This document shows, in pieces, positions 11,428 to 21,979 of a stretch of 64,000 nt of DNA. The position numbers and the translations under genes are program-made. The notes under the pieces are model-generated. The model was not told the origin of the DNA. It made no database searches and was given only the letters and a program-made list of their open reading frames with translations. Source of the DNA: an uncultured delta proteobacterium (GTDB lineage: Bacteria > Desulfobacterota > Desulfobacteria > Desulfobacterales > QNYZ01); NCBI GenBank assembly GCA_963845145.1, contig CAWJQU010000004.1, positions 1 to 64,000 on the forward strand, read 5' to 3'. Positions within the stretch are counted from its first letter, which is position 1; every line of letters begins with the position of its first letter.

Positions 11428-11838
11428 AACCGCCGAGGTCGCAGAGACCGCAGAGGGTAAATTAGGTATTTCCCATAATCGCATCACCGCGAGCTCTGCG
11501 TTCTCCGCGGTTATTGTTTTTTATGCTTTCAAGCTTTACAGCCTCACAGCTTTCATTTTTTTGCCACGGACCCACACAGACGAACACAGACGAATTTAAA
11601 ACAGCCATTATTTTACCGCAGGGATCGCGGAGACCGCTGAGGGATAAAACAAAATTCTAAAAACAAATCTAAGCGCCCCTTGCGGCGTTGCAAAACGGTT
11701 CTAAATGCTCACATACTATGTGTATGCTCCGCTTTTTCACCGTTTCGCGCCTTGCCATGAACACTAACATTTATTTTGAGATACCTTGTAGTCATTCTAG
11801 TTACCCAACACTGCGCGCTCTGCGTTCTCTGCGGTAAT
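11428..11838 (+). repeat. Modular repeat copy plus an additional palindromic element
   Basis: ACCGCCGAGGTCGCAGAG, CTCTGCGTTCTCCGCGGT and GCCACGGACCCACACAGACG (11563) modules, plus a GCAAAACGGT...ACCGTTTCGC hairpin element at ~11680-11755. Confidence 0.8.
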
Positions 11839-11867
11839 ATTTTTTCGTCCTATTAAATAAGGTGCAA

Positions 11868-12884
11868 TCAAACGTCCATTCGGTTTTCCTCCACGGCATG
11901 ACAAGCAACCCGTTGGCCACCCCTCTCTGATCTAAGCTGGGGTCTCTCCCTGTGACAGCGATCGTTTGCCAGCGGGCAACGCGGATGAAAAGCACAGCCC
12001 TTGGGGGGATCGATGGGGTTGGGGATTTCACCGGCTACCGGTGCGCGTTTACGGCCGGTCATTTCGACATCGGGTATGGTTTCCAGCAACAGACGGGTAT
12101 ACGGGTGCAGCGGCGTTTCGAAGATCGCGTCTACCGGGGCTACTTCGCAAATCAGGCCAAGATACATCACCCCTACCTGGTTGGCCATGTGGCGAACAAC
12201 AGCCAGATCATGTGAAATAAACAGATAGGACAGGTTAAACGTACGCTGAAGTTTTTTCATCAAGTTGAGAATCTGGGCCTGAACCGAAACATCGAGAGCG
12301 GATGTGGGTTCGTCACAGACAATGAATTCAGGCTCGCTGGCCAAGGCCCTGGCAATGGAAATTCGTTGACGCTGTCCGCCGGAGAATTCGTGGGGATATT
12401 TTTCACCATCGGCTGGTGATAATCCTACCTGAATGAGGAGTTCTTCAATTCGTTTGGAAATGGCTTTGGCGCCTTTTATCAATTTAAAAGCGCGAATGGG
12501 TTCCCCGACGATGGCATCCACACGCCAGCGAGGGTTGAGGCTGGCATAGGGATCCTGAAAGATCATGGCGATGCGCCGTCGCAGGTGTTCCATTTGAGAC
12601 CGGCTGGTTTTCGAACTCATCTCGATACCATCAAACTCGATGGACCCTTCGGTCGGGGTATGAAGGCCCACAATCAGGTTGGCGACCGTTGATTTCCCGC
12701 ACCCGGACTCACCAACCAGGGCAAAGGTCTGGCCTTTGGTGATCTCAAAGCCAACGCCATCCACCGCTTTTAAAATCATGTTGGGAGATCGCTGCAGCAC
12801 ACGATTGAGAAGCGGTTTGGAAACATCGAAATAGCGTTTCAAGCCGGTAACGCGTAAGTGTGGTTTTAGTTGGGCAGTATTCAT
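11868..12884 (-). CDS. dppF: Dipeptide/oligopeptide ABC ATPase
   Basis: GESGCGKS, FSGGQRQR, C-terminal GCAFHPRCP. Confidence 0.93.
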   Translation of the reverse strand: MNTAQLKPHLRVTGLKRYFDVSKPLLNRVLQRSPNMILKAVDGVGFEITKGQTFALVGESGCGKSTVANLIVGLHTPTEGSIEFDGIEMSSKTSRSQMEHLRRRIAMIFQDPYASLNPRWRVDAIVGEPIRAFKLIKGAKAISKRIEELLIQVGLSPADGEKYPHEFSGGQRQRISIARALASEPEFIVCDEPTSALDVSVQAQILNLMKKLQRTFNLSYLFISHDLAVVRHMANQVGVMYLGLICEVAPVDAIFETPLHPYTRLLLETIPDVEMTGRKRAPVAGEIPNPIDPPKGCAFHPRCPLANDRCHRERPQLRSERGGQRVACHAVEENRMDV

Positions 12885-12918
12885 AAAGTGTCGATTATTT
12901 TCTTATATCGAGATTATT

Positions 12919-13850
12919 TTCACCGCTGAGATCGCCGAGGTCGCTGAGAAAAAATAGCCTTTTTTTCCCTAAAATTTTCTCCGCGGTTATTGTTTTTTAT
13001 GCTTTCAAGCTTTACAGCCTCATAGCTTATATTTTTAGCCACGGACCCACACAGACGAACACGGACGTATTTAAAACAGCCATTATTTCACCGCCGAGAT
13101 CGCGGAGATCGCTGAGGGTTATAAAAATACAAAACAAATCATTTCTTAATCCCCGAAGGGCTAATCCATTTTCCCCGCAAGACGCCAAGGCGCAGAGGGA
13201 ATCTATTATCTTTCACTGCGAGCTCTGCGTTCTCCGCGGTAATATTTTCGTGCTTTCATGCTTTATAGTTTCAACCATTTTTTGCCACGGACCCACACAG
13301 ACGAACACAGACGTATTTAAAACAGTTATTTTACCGCCGAGATCGCGGAGACGCTGAGGTTAAAAATACAAAACGAATCTTTCTTTGATCTGCGGGGACT
13401 TCCTAATCCCGAATTACTCCTAAGACGCAAGGCACACAGAGTAATCCATACCTTCTCTGCGAGCTCTGCGTTCTCCGCGGTAATATTTTCGTGCTTTCAT
13501 GCCTTATAGCTTTCAACCATTTTTTGCCACGGACCCACACAGACGAACACGGACGTATTTAAAACAGCCAATATTTTACCGCCGAGATCGCGGAGACCGC
13601 TGAGGGTTATAAAAATACAAAACAAATCATTTCTTTGCGTAGCTTCTGCGTCCTCTGCGCGGAGTACATATTTTCGTGCTTTCAAATGCCTCGTAATAGC
13701 TTTCAACCATTTTTTGCCACGGACCCACACAGACGAACACGGACGTATTTAAAACAGCCAATATTTTACCGCCGAGATCGCGGAGAGCGCAGAGGGTTAA
13801 AAATAGAAAACGAATCTTTTCTCTGCGCGCTCTGCGTTCTCTGCGGTGAT
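12919..13850 (+). repeat. Tandem array of ~190-245 bp modular palindromic units inside the dpp operon
   Basis: Unit starts GCCACGGACCCACACAGACGAACAC at 13038, 13284, 13526 and 13716. Confidence 0.92.
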
Positions 13851-13881
13851 ATTTTTTACATCCTTATATAATAAGGTAAAA

Positions 13882-14859
13882 TTAACCGCTACCGCCATCT
13901 CTATACAACCAACAGGCCACCTCTGTTTTTTTAGTGTCCACCAATACCGGGCGCTCTTTTTTACAGCGGTCAAAACAGTGCGGGCATCGCGGGTGGAAGG
14001 CACATCCTGTGGGGATTTCCGTTAAGCGGGGCATGGATCCGTCGATCTGGGTCAGTAGGTCGGCTTTATCATGCAGAGACGGAATCGAGCCCATCAATCC
14101 TTTCGTATAAGGATGTTGCGAGGATTTTACGATCTCGCGAACATTGCCGACTTCCACCAGCCGACCGGCATACATCACCGCCACCCGATCGGATATTTCG
14201 GCGATGACGCCCATATCATGTGTGATCAGTATGACGGCGGTGTCGTTTTCTTTGCACAGTCGTTTGAGCAAGGCAATAATCTGGGCTTGAATCGAGACAT
14301 CCAGTGCGGTGGTCGGTTCGTCGGCAATGATCAAACTGGGGTTCACGCAAAGCGCCAGGGCAATGACAACCCGCTGCCGCATGCCCCCCGAAAACTGGTG
14401 GGGATAGTGATCGATGCGTTTCTCCGCCGCCGGAATGCCCACCTCATCCAATAGTGATATGGCATGCTGTCGTGCTTGGCGATGGCTTTTGTCGGTGTGG
14501 GTGAGGATGGTTTCCGTGAGTTGGCGGCCGATGGTATACAGGGGATTTAAGCTGGTCAGGGGATCCTGAAAGATCATGCCGATCTCTTTACCCCGGATGC
14601 GGCGCATCTCGCTATAGGGCAATTGATCGATGCGTTTACCATTTAAATGGATTTGTCCGGCACCAATTCGCCCCGGCGGTTCGAGCAGTCCGATTATCGC
14701 CTGGCCCGTAAGGGATTTCCCGGCACCGGATTCACCCACGACACCAAAAACCTCTCCGGGTTTGATGCCAAAAGAGATGTTCTCAACCGCCACCAGAATC
14801 CCGCGACGGGTATTGAATTCGACTTTAAGGTCTTCGACTTTTAGTAACGGTTGTGTCAT
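13882..14859 (-). CDS. dppD: Dipeptide/oligopeptide ABC ATPase
   Basis: GESGAGKS, FSGGMRQR, DEPTTALD, GCAFHPRC. Confidence 0.93.
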   Translation of the reverse strand: MTQPLLKVEDLKVEFNTRRGILVAVENISFGIKPGEVFGVVGESGAGKSLTGQAIIGLLEPPGRIGAGQIHLNGKRIDQLPYSEMRRIRGKEIGMIFQDPLTSLNPLYTIGRQLTETILTHTDKSHRQARQHAISLLDEVGIPAAEKRIDHYPHQFSGGMRQRVVIALALCVNPSLIIADEPTTALDVSIQAQIIALLKRLCKENDTAVILITHDMGVIAEISDRVAVMYAGRLVEVGNVREIVKSSQHPYTKGLMGSIPSLHDKADLLTQIDGSMPRLTEIPTGCAFHPRCPHCFDRCKKERPVLVDTKKTEVACWLYRDGGSG

Positions 14860-14871
14860 GTTATTAGATGA

Positions 14872-15804
14872 TCAACGTAATTTCGGGTTTAACGCGTCAC
14901 GCATCCAGTCGCCCAGCAGGTTGACCGCCAGTATGAGTACGGCCAGGGCCACACCCGGAAAGATGACGATCCACCATTCGCCGGCAAACAAAAAGTCCTG
15001 GCCGATCCGGATCAACGTGCCCAAAGACGGTTTTGTCGGCGGAACACCCACGCCAAGAAAAGAGAGCGTCGCTTCGGTGATGATGGCCACGGCCAGGCCG
15101 ATGGTGGCAATGACCAACACCGGTCCCATCACATTGGGCAAAATATGGCGAAACATAATGGTAAATCGTTTGCGACCGATTACGCGAGCCGCCTGAACGT
15201 ATTCTTTGTTCTTTTCGACCAGGGTCGACCCCCGGACGGTACGTGCAAAGTTGACCCAATTGGATACGCCGATGGCCAGGATCAAGACCCAAATCACCAG
15301 CTCGTCATGGCGCTCATTGGGAAGCATACTGAGCGCAACACCGTAGATCAGCATGGCAATCAGGTATGCAGGGAAGCTGATCTGAACATCGGCGATTCTC
15401 ATGATCAGGGTTTCCAGGGCCCCACCGATATATCCTGACATCAGTCCGAGTGTGATGCCGATGACCATGGCCAGAATCATGGAGGCAAACCCTACAAACA
15501 ACGAAATCCGCGATCCGTAGAGGATGGTAGAAAAAATATCACGCCCCTGATCGTCGGTTCCCAGCAGAAACTTGAGCGATCCGTCCTCATGCCAAAATGG
15601 TGGTGTAAATGCGTCCATCAAGTCGAGTGATGCGGGATCAAAAGGATTGTGGGGGGCGATCAAGGGAGCTGCCAGGGCGGATACGATGATAACCATGGTA
15701 ACACATGCCGCCACCACGGTAATTTTCGATTTTTTGAAACTAAACCAGATATCTCCATCGAAAAATCGATGCATAATATCTTTAAAACGCGAGATACTTT
15801 TCAT
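14872..15804 (-). CDS. dppC: Peptide ABC permease
   Basis: LGTDDQGRD..S..LYGSR.SL; EAA-like loop; LSFLGVG. Confidence 0.93.
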   Translation of the reverse strand: MKSISRFKDIMHRFFDGDIWFSFKKSKITVVAACVTMVIIVSALAAPLIAPHNPFDPASLDLMDAFTPPFWHEDGSLKFLLGTDDQGRDIFSTILYGSRISLFVGFASMILAMVIGITLGLMSGYIGGALETLIMRIADVQISFPAYLIAMLIYGVALSMLPNERHDELVIWVLILAIGVSNWVNFARTVRGSTLVEKNKEYVQAARVIGRKRFTIMFRHILPNVMGPVLVIATIGLAVAIITEATLSFLGVGVPPTKPSLGTLIRIGQDFLFAGEWWIVIFPGVALAVLILAVNLLGDWMRDALNPKLR

Positions 15805-15805
15805 T

Positions 15806-16792
15806 CTAGTGCCCCGTCGCTACGGATTTATCAACCCTCAAGCGAGGATCCACCACATGATAGAGAATATCGACAATCAGATTAATCACCACAAAAAAGA
15901 ATGCGATTAATATAAGGTAGGTGGACATCACGGGAATATCCGCAAATTGAATGGCCTGCAGAAAAAGTAACCCCATCCCGGGCCATTGAAAAACCGTTTC
16001 GGTAATGAGCGCAAAAGCGATAATCGATCCGATTTGAAGACCGGTGACCGTGATGACCGGGACCAGGGTATTTTTTAACGCATGACCGAAATTGACCGCT
16101 CGATTGGTCAGGCCACGAGCCCGGGCAAATTTAATATAATCGGTTCGTAAGACCTCCATCATCTCGGATCGAACCATCCGCATAATCAATGTGAGTTGAA
16201 ACATGCCCAGCGTAAAGGCCGGCATGATAATGGCCTTTAAACCACTGGTTGTTAAAAACCCGGTAGACCACCAGCCCAGCTTGATGACATCGCCCCGACC
16301 GAATGTCGGTAACCAACCCAACATGACGCCAAATACCAGAATCAGAAGGATGCCGATTAAAAAGGTCGGCAGAGAGATACCGATCAGTGAAACTGCCTGA
16401 AAAAATTTACTTAAAAGCCTGTTGGGATACAGGCCGGAGTAAACGCCCATTGGAATGCCGGCGATCAGCGAAAAAAGGGCGGCAATCAGACTTAGTTCCA
16501 ACGTCGCTGGAAGGCGCTCGACGAACAATTCGTTGACGGGGCGTCCCAGACGATATGAGATGCCAAATTTTCCTTTAACCGTATTGCCCACAAATCGGGC
16601 AAACTGGACAACAATCGAATCGTTTAAGCCCAGCTCCTCCCGCAGGCGTTCCATATCGGCGATACTTGTTTCCTGCCCCACCATTTGGGAAACCGGATCC
16701 CCGACATAGCGAAACAAGGTAAAGGCCACCAGTGCCACGGCCAACATGACAATGACGGATTGGATTATGCGGCGGATGATCAATGCAATCAT
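15806..16792 (-). CDS. dppB: Peptide ABC permease
   Basis: GDP...LGL...PATLEL; DYIKFARARGL; ETVFQWPGMG. Confidence 0.93.
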   Translation of the reverse strand: MIALIIRRIIQSVIVMLAVALVAFTLFRYVGDPVSQMVGQETSIADMERLREELGLNDSIVVQFARFVGNTVKGKFGISYRLGRPVNELFVERLPATLELSLIAALFSLIAGIPMGVYSGLYPNRLLSKFFQAVSLIGISLPTFLIGILLILVFGVMLGWLPTFGRGDVIKLGWWSTGFLTTSGLKAIIMPAFTLGMFQLTLIMRMVRSEMMEVLRTDYIKFARARGLTNRAVNFGHALKNTLVPVITVTGLQIGSIIAFALITETVFQWPGMGLLFLQAIQFADIPVMSTYLILIAFFFVVINLIVDILYHVVDPRLRVDKSVATGH

Positions 16793-16903
16793 GGGCGTTT
16801 CGTGGAATCTGTTCTATATAATAAGGTAAAAGCCGTGCCAAGATGTGAAACCCGGAATTCGACCCCAATGGGCCGGATTCCGGGTAGGTGGACTCATTTC
16901 CAG

Positions 16904-18508
16904 TTATTTAATCACAACATGACGCCATTTAAACTCATTGTCCGGTCGTTGCTTAAGTTCCACTTTGTTGTTGACTCCCCAGGCCAATGCCTGTTGATGA
17001 AGGGGCAGGTAGGAGACGTCATCAATGGTCATCTGCCATGCCTGTTCAATCAACCCATCACGTTTGGCCTGATCGGTTTCGCTTAAGATAAGGGCCGTTA
17101 GTTTATCAGCTTCAGGGTTACAATACCCACCCAGGTTAAACTTGCCATCGCCGCTCTCTTTGGGACAAGCATGCAGGAAGTTAAGCGGATTGTAAGAGTC
17201 GAAGCTGCTTGGGGTCCAGCCTAACATATAAAAGCTGGTATCAAGCTTGGGCCGCAATATTTTGGCAAAATATTTGGCTTTGGGCTGAGCCAGCAGATTG
17301 ACTTTGATATTGACCTTGGCCAGCATGGAGACCACGGCCAGACAAATGGCTTCGTCATTCACATAACGGTCATTGGGGCAGTCCATGCCCACTTCAAAGC
17401 CGTCCGGATATCCGGCATCCGCCAGAAGTTTTTTGGACGCTTCCGGATCATAAGGCAGCCGTTTAAACTTAGCATTACCGCCGCCATGGACGCCGGGGGC
17501 GACCATCATGGCGGACGGTTCGGACAATCCACGCATCACTTTCTTTTTGATGGCTTCAATGTCGATGGCCTGATAGAAGGCTTGACGGACCTTTTTATCC
17601 TTAAACGGGTTTTTTCCTTTCACGCTCGAATACAGCAATTCGTCACGGGCCTGATCCATCCCAAGAAAAATCGTGCGAAGTTCCGGTCCCACCATCATGC
17701 GGGTGTCGGCATTACCGTCGATACGTTTCATATCCTGGACAGGGATCGGGTAGGCCATTTCCACCTGTCCGGAAAGCAATGCCGCCACTCGGGTGGCATC
17801 ATTTCCGATCGGGGTAAACACGACTTCGGTAAGATTGTGGATCTTGTTGGGATTGTCCCACCAATCCGGATTGGTCTTGCATACGGATTTTACACCTGGT
17901 TCGTGAGAAACCAACATGAATGGGCCGGTACCATTGGTATGGCGGGTGGCGTAATTTTCATTATCGCCGGTGGTAGATTCAGGCGTGGTGGCCTTATTTT
18001 TCTCACACCAGCTTTTGGACATGATGTACCAGGTAGCCCATTCCACAACCAGAATTGGGTTCGGCACGGAGGTGATGAAATCCACCGTATGGTCATCCAC
18101 TTTGACCACTTTTGTATCCGCCGGACTAATTCTTACCTTGAGGTCTGATGTTTCCATACGAACGCGTTCAGCGGAAAAAACAACATCATCGGCGGTAAAA
18201 GGCGTTCCGTCATGAAATTTTACACCTTTGCGCAGGTAAAAACGCCAGTGATTGGGATCCATGATTTCCCACCGTTCCGCCAGGGCTGGTTCAATTTCAA
18301 GGTTGGGCCCACGACGGATCAAGCCTTCATAAACGTTACCCAGAAAACCCAGCTGAAAAGTTTCGTTCAGGCTGTAGGGATCCATGGATTTCGCATCGCC
18401 CTGAAAGGCAAATTTAAGTGTTTTAGCCGAAACTGCGCCGGAAAGTACGGTCAAGCTCAATCCGACGATCAGCACAGCCACAATAAAAAACAATCCTTTT
18501 TTTTGCAT
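16904..18508 (-). CDS. dppA: Peptide ABC substrate-binding protein (family 5)
   Basis: Signal peptide from MQKKG (GGAGG RBS); LRKGVKFHDG.PFTADDV.FS; GTGPF. Confidence 0.92.
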   Translation of the reverse strand: MQKKGLFFIVAVLIVGLSLTVLSGAVSAKTLKFAFQGDAKSMDPYSLNETFQLGFLGNVYEGLIRRGPNLEIEPALAERWEIMDPNHWRFYLRKGVKFHDGTPFTADDVVFSAERVRMETSDLKVRISPADTKVVKVDDHTVDFITSVPNPILVVEWATWYIMSKSWCEKNKATTPESTTGDNENYATRHTNGTGPFMLVSHEPGVKSVCKTNPDWWDNPNKIHNLTEVVFTPIGNDATRVAALLSGQVEMAYPIPVQDMKRIDGNADTRMMVGPELRTIFLGMDQARDELLYSSVKGKNPFKDKKVRQAFYQAIDIEAIKKKVMRGLSEPSAMMVAPGVHGGGNAKFKRLPYDPEASKKLLADAGYPDGFEVGMDCPNDRYVNDEAICLAVVSMLAKVNIKVNLLAQPKAKYFAKILRPKLDTSFYMLGWTPSSFDSYNPLNFLHACPKESGDGKFNLGGYCNPEADKLTALILSETDQAKRDGLIEQAWQMTIDDVSYLPLHQQALAWGVNNKVELKQRPDNEFKWRHVVIK

Positions 18509-18590
18509 CGTTTTACCTCCGTTTTGGTTTGAGTAAATCCATTCAGGGCCTGGCCATTTGCCCAAAACCGTGGTCATTGAATGTTGTCAT

Positions 18591-19706
18591 TCAATCGTTC
18601 GTTATTTCGGCCGCCTTGCTTAAAAATGTGTCGAGTCGATCATATAACAGGTGCAGGCTGTCTATCCGAACATGCTCCGTTAGGGTATGCGCACTGTTTT
18701 CGCTATCGGCACCCCAGACGATCCCCTTGATTCCCCGTTCCGACAAAAATCGGGCATCGCTGGCGCCGTGTTCAAAGCCAACCTCGATGTCATTATATAA
18801 ATGGGTGAGCAAATCCAAATAGGGTGATTCTCCACCAAAAAACATCGATTCATTTTGTTCAATCACCAATTCACCGGCCACTTTTTCCTTCAACATGTCA
18901 TACAAGGCGATCGGGTCATCGTCTTCGGTATAGCGAATATCGAAAATCGCTTCAGCTTTGTCCGGCACCTGATTAAACGATTTTCCCGCCCGAATTTTCG
19001 AAAAGTTTAAGGTGCGGTGCCAGTGGCCGGGCCGGTCTTGATTGAATTCTTGTTTTATCCTTTTATAATCTGCGAACAGATTTTCAATTGCGTTTTCACC
19101 CAACCATGGACGGGCACCATGGGCGGCTTTGCCTTTGGCGATAAGCTTTAAGGTCAACAACCCTTTTTCCTTATTGACCACCTTATTCACTGTGCCGCCA
19201 TCCAAAGCCACACAGAAATCGACCTTTGTACTATCAAGCACTTTGGCCGCCCCGTCCCCCCCGCCGATTTCTTCATCGCTGGTTATCAAAATCCCGAACG
19301 GTAGCGAATCCGTTCCCTTTCCCGCCTTTTCCAGCCGTTTTATATGCTCTTTTAGCAATACGATCGATATGGCCGCTGCATATTTGTCATCAATGGCACC
19401 GCGGCCGTATAGATTGCCGTTTTTTTCAGCCGGCTCAAAAAGTTCGTCCGGGGCGTCGACCACGTCAATATGGCTCATCAGCAAGATAGGTGCGTAGTTT
19501 GGGCGGGGTAGAAATAATATGGAGGGGTAACCGTTATGCTCAATGACTTGAAGCCGGACTGGGTCGTTTTTAAAACATTCCAAAATAAAATCGGCACACC
19601 GACGAATCTCATCGGGTGCCGAGTGCATGGTTTTAAACCGAATTAAATCCTTGGTCAGGCGGATGGTTTCTTTTACGGCCGATTGGTTTGTTAAATCTCG
19701 ATCCAT
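18591..19706 (-). CDS. M20 peptidase (DapE/ArgE-like)
   Basis: SHIDVV, YGRGAIDDK, SDEEIGG, AHGARPWLG, AH..E. Confidence 0.9.
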   Translation of the reverse strand: MDRDLTNQSAVKETIRLTKDLIRFKTMHSAPDEIRRCADFILECFKNDPVRLQVIEHNGYPSILFLPRPNYAPILLMSHIDVVDAPDELFEPAEKNGNLYGRGAIDDKYAAAISIVLLKEHIKRLEKAGKGTDSLPFGILITSDEEIGGGDGAAKVLDSTKVDFCVALDGGTVNKVVNKEKGLLTLKLIAKGKAAHGARPWLGENAIENLFADYKRIKQEFNQDRPGHWHRTLNFSKIRAGKSFNQVPDKAEAIFDIRYTEDDDPIALYDMLKEKVAGELVIEQNESMFFGGESPYLDLLTHLYNDIEVGFEHGASDARFLSERGIKGIVWGADSENSAHTLTEHVRIDSLHLLYDRLDTFLSKAAEITND

Positions 19707-20249
19707 AGAAAATAATTATTATTTCCGCTCGATTTCAGATAAAACCGCCCCATCACCGGGTATTAAAATGGATTTTCCGCACAGCGGCACACACCACCGT
19801 GCGGCAAGGATATCATTTGAGAAGGGATGGCTGCTCTACACGCGAGGTTCATCAATAATTGAATATAGGCTGCTTGTCAAGCGAGAGGAAGTATATTAGG
19901 GGTTGGTAAAAAACCCGATGGATGACGAGTTTCAGCCCATTACATTATGATCATAAGCAACCAACTAACTTTGATTCAAAGGACTCTACTAGTATTCTAA
20001 TATTAAGGTTTAATAGAAAGGAATCCTTTTAGCCAAGTCACCGTTACGATGGTTAAACCGTTTGGATTCGGCTTGAATGAGTCGCCTAAAAACCCCTGTC
20101 AAAGATAGCCGTCGCTGAGATTTGGGGCTTGGCAAACACAAAGTCAGCGACTGACTGTCTCTATCAGGAGGTTCGGCTCGTGGCCCCTTATCCAATTGAT
20201 TCTGTAGCCTGGATTGACGATGTGGATTCATGGTTTAATTTCCTGATTT

Positions 20250-20690
20250 TTAAGCATGGTTGGTTTCGATTATACTTTGTGCGGTTCTGATAAAGTTCTC
20301 CATGTAAATTTTGGCTGCACCCCTTTCCTTGATTAGCCGGGCGATTTGATTTTGCTGGTCCGGTGTCAGGTTTTCAAAAGCAACGGCTAATTGGCGTGTG
20401 GCCGATTCGTTGGATTTTTTTTCCGGTTCAATCAAGACATCAGATACGGTTCGCACCGGTAAATTTTCCAGATGGTGGGTGGCCACATAGTCAGCCCAGA
20501 TGATATCGAGGGATTGGGGGATCATCCATTTGTTTCCATTTTGGCGATAATGAAAAGCCAGGCCGGTTTGACTGACTTCCTTAATCGGCCCCGGTGGAAG
20601 GGAAGGGGGTCGTGTAACAGCAATCACCATGCCCTGAACTTTAAATCGCTGGCTTTGTCGGCGTTCAACAATTTGGGTGGTTGTATTCAT
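20250..20690 (-). CDS. PilZ-domain protein
   Basis: Start MNTTTQ with GGAGG RBS; ERRQSQR (RxxxR) and EVSQTG (x-x-SxxG); F..LT..Q tail. Confidence 0.7.
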   Translation of the reverse strand: MNTTTQIVERRQSQRFKVQGMVIAVTRPPSLPPGPIKEVSQTGLAFHYRQNGNKWMIPQSLDIIWADYVATHHLENLPVRTVSDVLIEPEKKSNESATRQLAVAFENLTPDQQNQIARLIKERGAAKIYMENFIRTAQSIIETNHA

Positions 20691-20761
20691 GTTGCCTCCG
20701 TTTACGGTTTTAAGGTTCGATGTTGACAAACGATATTGCAGTTCAATCCTCCGGATTACAT

Positions 20762-21073
20762 TTAGATAGCCTTGCCTGTTTGGACTTGCCGTGAAGGTTT
20801 TTTCTGTTTTCCACCGGGAAATCGACGATAGTACAGGACTAAACAGAGATCTGTGCCAACCATTGAAGCGTTTAAGATATAGAGCAGCATGACGGGTGAA
20901 CGATTCCCTAACAGATGGGCGCACATTCCGGAAAGATAGCCGATCAAGATGATGATCAGAAAAAATGGGCTTTTCCCCCCGGCGGAACGGCTCGACACAC
21001 TTTTCGCTATGGCAAAAGGCCATGAGCTGCCAAAACAGATAAACATGAAAGCTTCAAACATTTCCACAGACAT
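20762..21073 (-). CDS. Small 3-TM membrane protein (PQ-loop/SemiSWEET-like)
   Basis: CFG.SWP.AI.KS......GKS..F..II..GY..G. Confidence 0.65.
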   Translation of the reverse strand: MSVEMFEAFMFICFGSSWPFAIAKSVSSRSAGGKSPFFLIIILIGYLSGMCAHLLGNRSPVMLLYILNASMVGTDLCLVLYYRRFPGGKQKKPSRQVQTGKAI

Positions 21074-21159
21074 CAAATGCGTCCCTTCAATTTCAATATT
21101 TTATGGAATTTATTTAACCCCAAATGGTGCAAAACCGAAAATAATGAGACCGGTTCGGT

Positions 21160-21552
21160 TTAATCCGAATGGTTCAACATTTGGCTCGCCTCCAATAGAA
21201 CGTACATTTCATCTGGTTTCATCGATTGATAAAAACGTTTGTTCAGATGATACTCAACTCGATGTTGGGTAGGCGCGACTTGAACTGCTAATAAATAGGT
21301 GACAAGTTCTTTCTTGTGGACATGTAAATACGCGCCTTTCAAGCATGCCCGTATGGCATGCTGGCGTACATTTGGGCTATTTGATGCTAACAGTGCTGTT
21401 TTCTGGCGACATTTATCGATGCATTTATCGATCATTTTTTCATATTTACCAGCCATATTTGTGGTATCTCTGTTTTGGCTGGAACCTTGAGCGACCATAA
21501 GAGTGATTAAAAGCAAGCCGGTTGCCAGTGCGACGAATGCTAATTTTTTCAT
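21160..21552 (-). CDS. Secreted hypothetical protein
   Basis: GGAGG RBS; MKKLAFVALATGLLLITL signal peptide. Confidence 0.65.
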   Translation of the reverse strand: MKKLAFVALATGLLLITLMVAQGSSQNRDTTNMAGKYEKMIDKCIDKCRQKTALLASNSPNVRQHAIRACLKGAYLHVHKKELVTYLLAVQVAPTQHRVEYHLNKRFYQSMKPDEMYVLLEASQMLNHSD

Positions 21553-21862
21553 TTTCGATACCTCCCGGTTTGGTTTTCAGTTGCCATGGGTTATGCAAAT
21601 GAATGTGTGTGCGAATATGTGTTAAAGGCTCAGGAGCATTGGTTGAACGATAGGGTTTTGTTTCCAAGTCATCCGCCGTTAGCCTGGGGTTGAAGGACTT
21701 CAACTTTCTGTCCACCAGACGACTCAAATAGAAAAGCTGGGGCTCGTTAAAGTCGTCCCGATAATTGATGGCCTCATAAATCTCCCGAAAAGTCAGGTCG
21801 TGAATATGATCTACGCTGTGATCTTGGCTATAACGGATGTGGTTAAGGTTTGGTGCTTTCAC
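21446..21862 (-). CDS. Hypothetical protein, first gene after the sigma54 promoter (3' end uncertain)
   Basis: AAGGAG RBS before GTG at 21862; overlap with the next gene suggests a frameshift. Confidence 0.4.
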   Translation of the reverse strand: MKAPNLNHIRYSQDHSVDHIHDLTFREIYEAINYRDDFNEPQLFYLSRLVDRKLKSFNPRLTADDLETKPYRSTNAPEPLTHIRTHIHLHNPWQLKTKPGGIENEKISIRRTGNRLAFNHSYGRSRFQPKQRYHKYGW

Positions 21863-21963
21863 TTTAGTCTCCTTTCGATAATTATCTCGCCTATTAAGAG
21901 AGCACGCTTGGTTTGGATTGGCTTGTACCTGAAAAATGAACACGCGCCTTGATCATTGGTTAG

Positions 21964-21979
21964 AGCAAGGCGCGTGCCG
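21964..21979 (-). promoter_or_regulatory. sigma54 (-24/-12) promoter
   Basis: CGGCAC-GCGCC-TTGCT; TGTGCCA/TGGCACA-type candidate enhancer sites at ~22047-22102. Confidence 0.75.

Noticed and set aside
12919..13850. CRISPR array
   Set aside because: Intervening sequences are homologous to each other and 160-220 bp long; no unique spacers and no cas genes.
20010..20231. 73-aa ORF after the PilZ gene
   Set aside because: Plausible RBS but no recognisable features; not enough support to call.
20691..21023. N-terminal extension of the 257-aa ORF
   Set aside because: Overlaps the membrane-protein gene; the PilZ gene has its own RBS at 20690.
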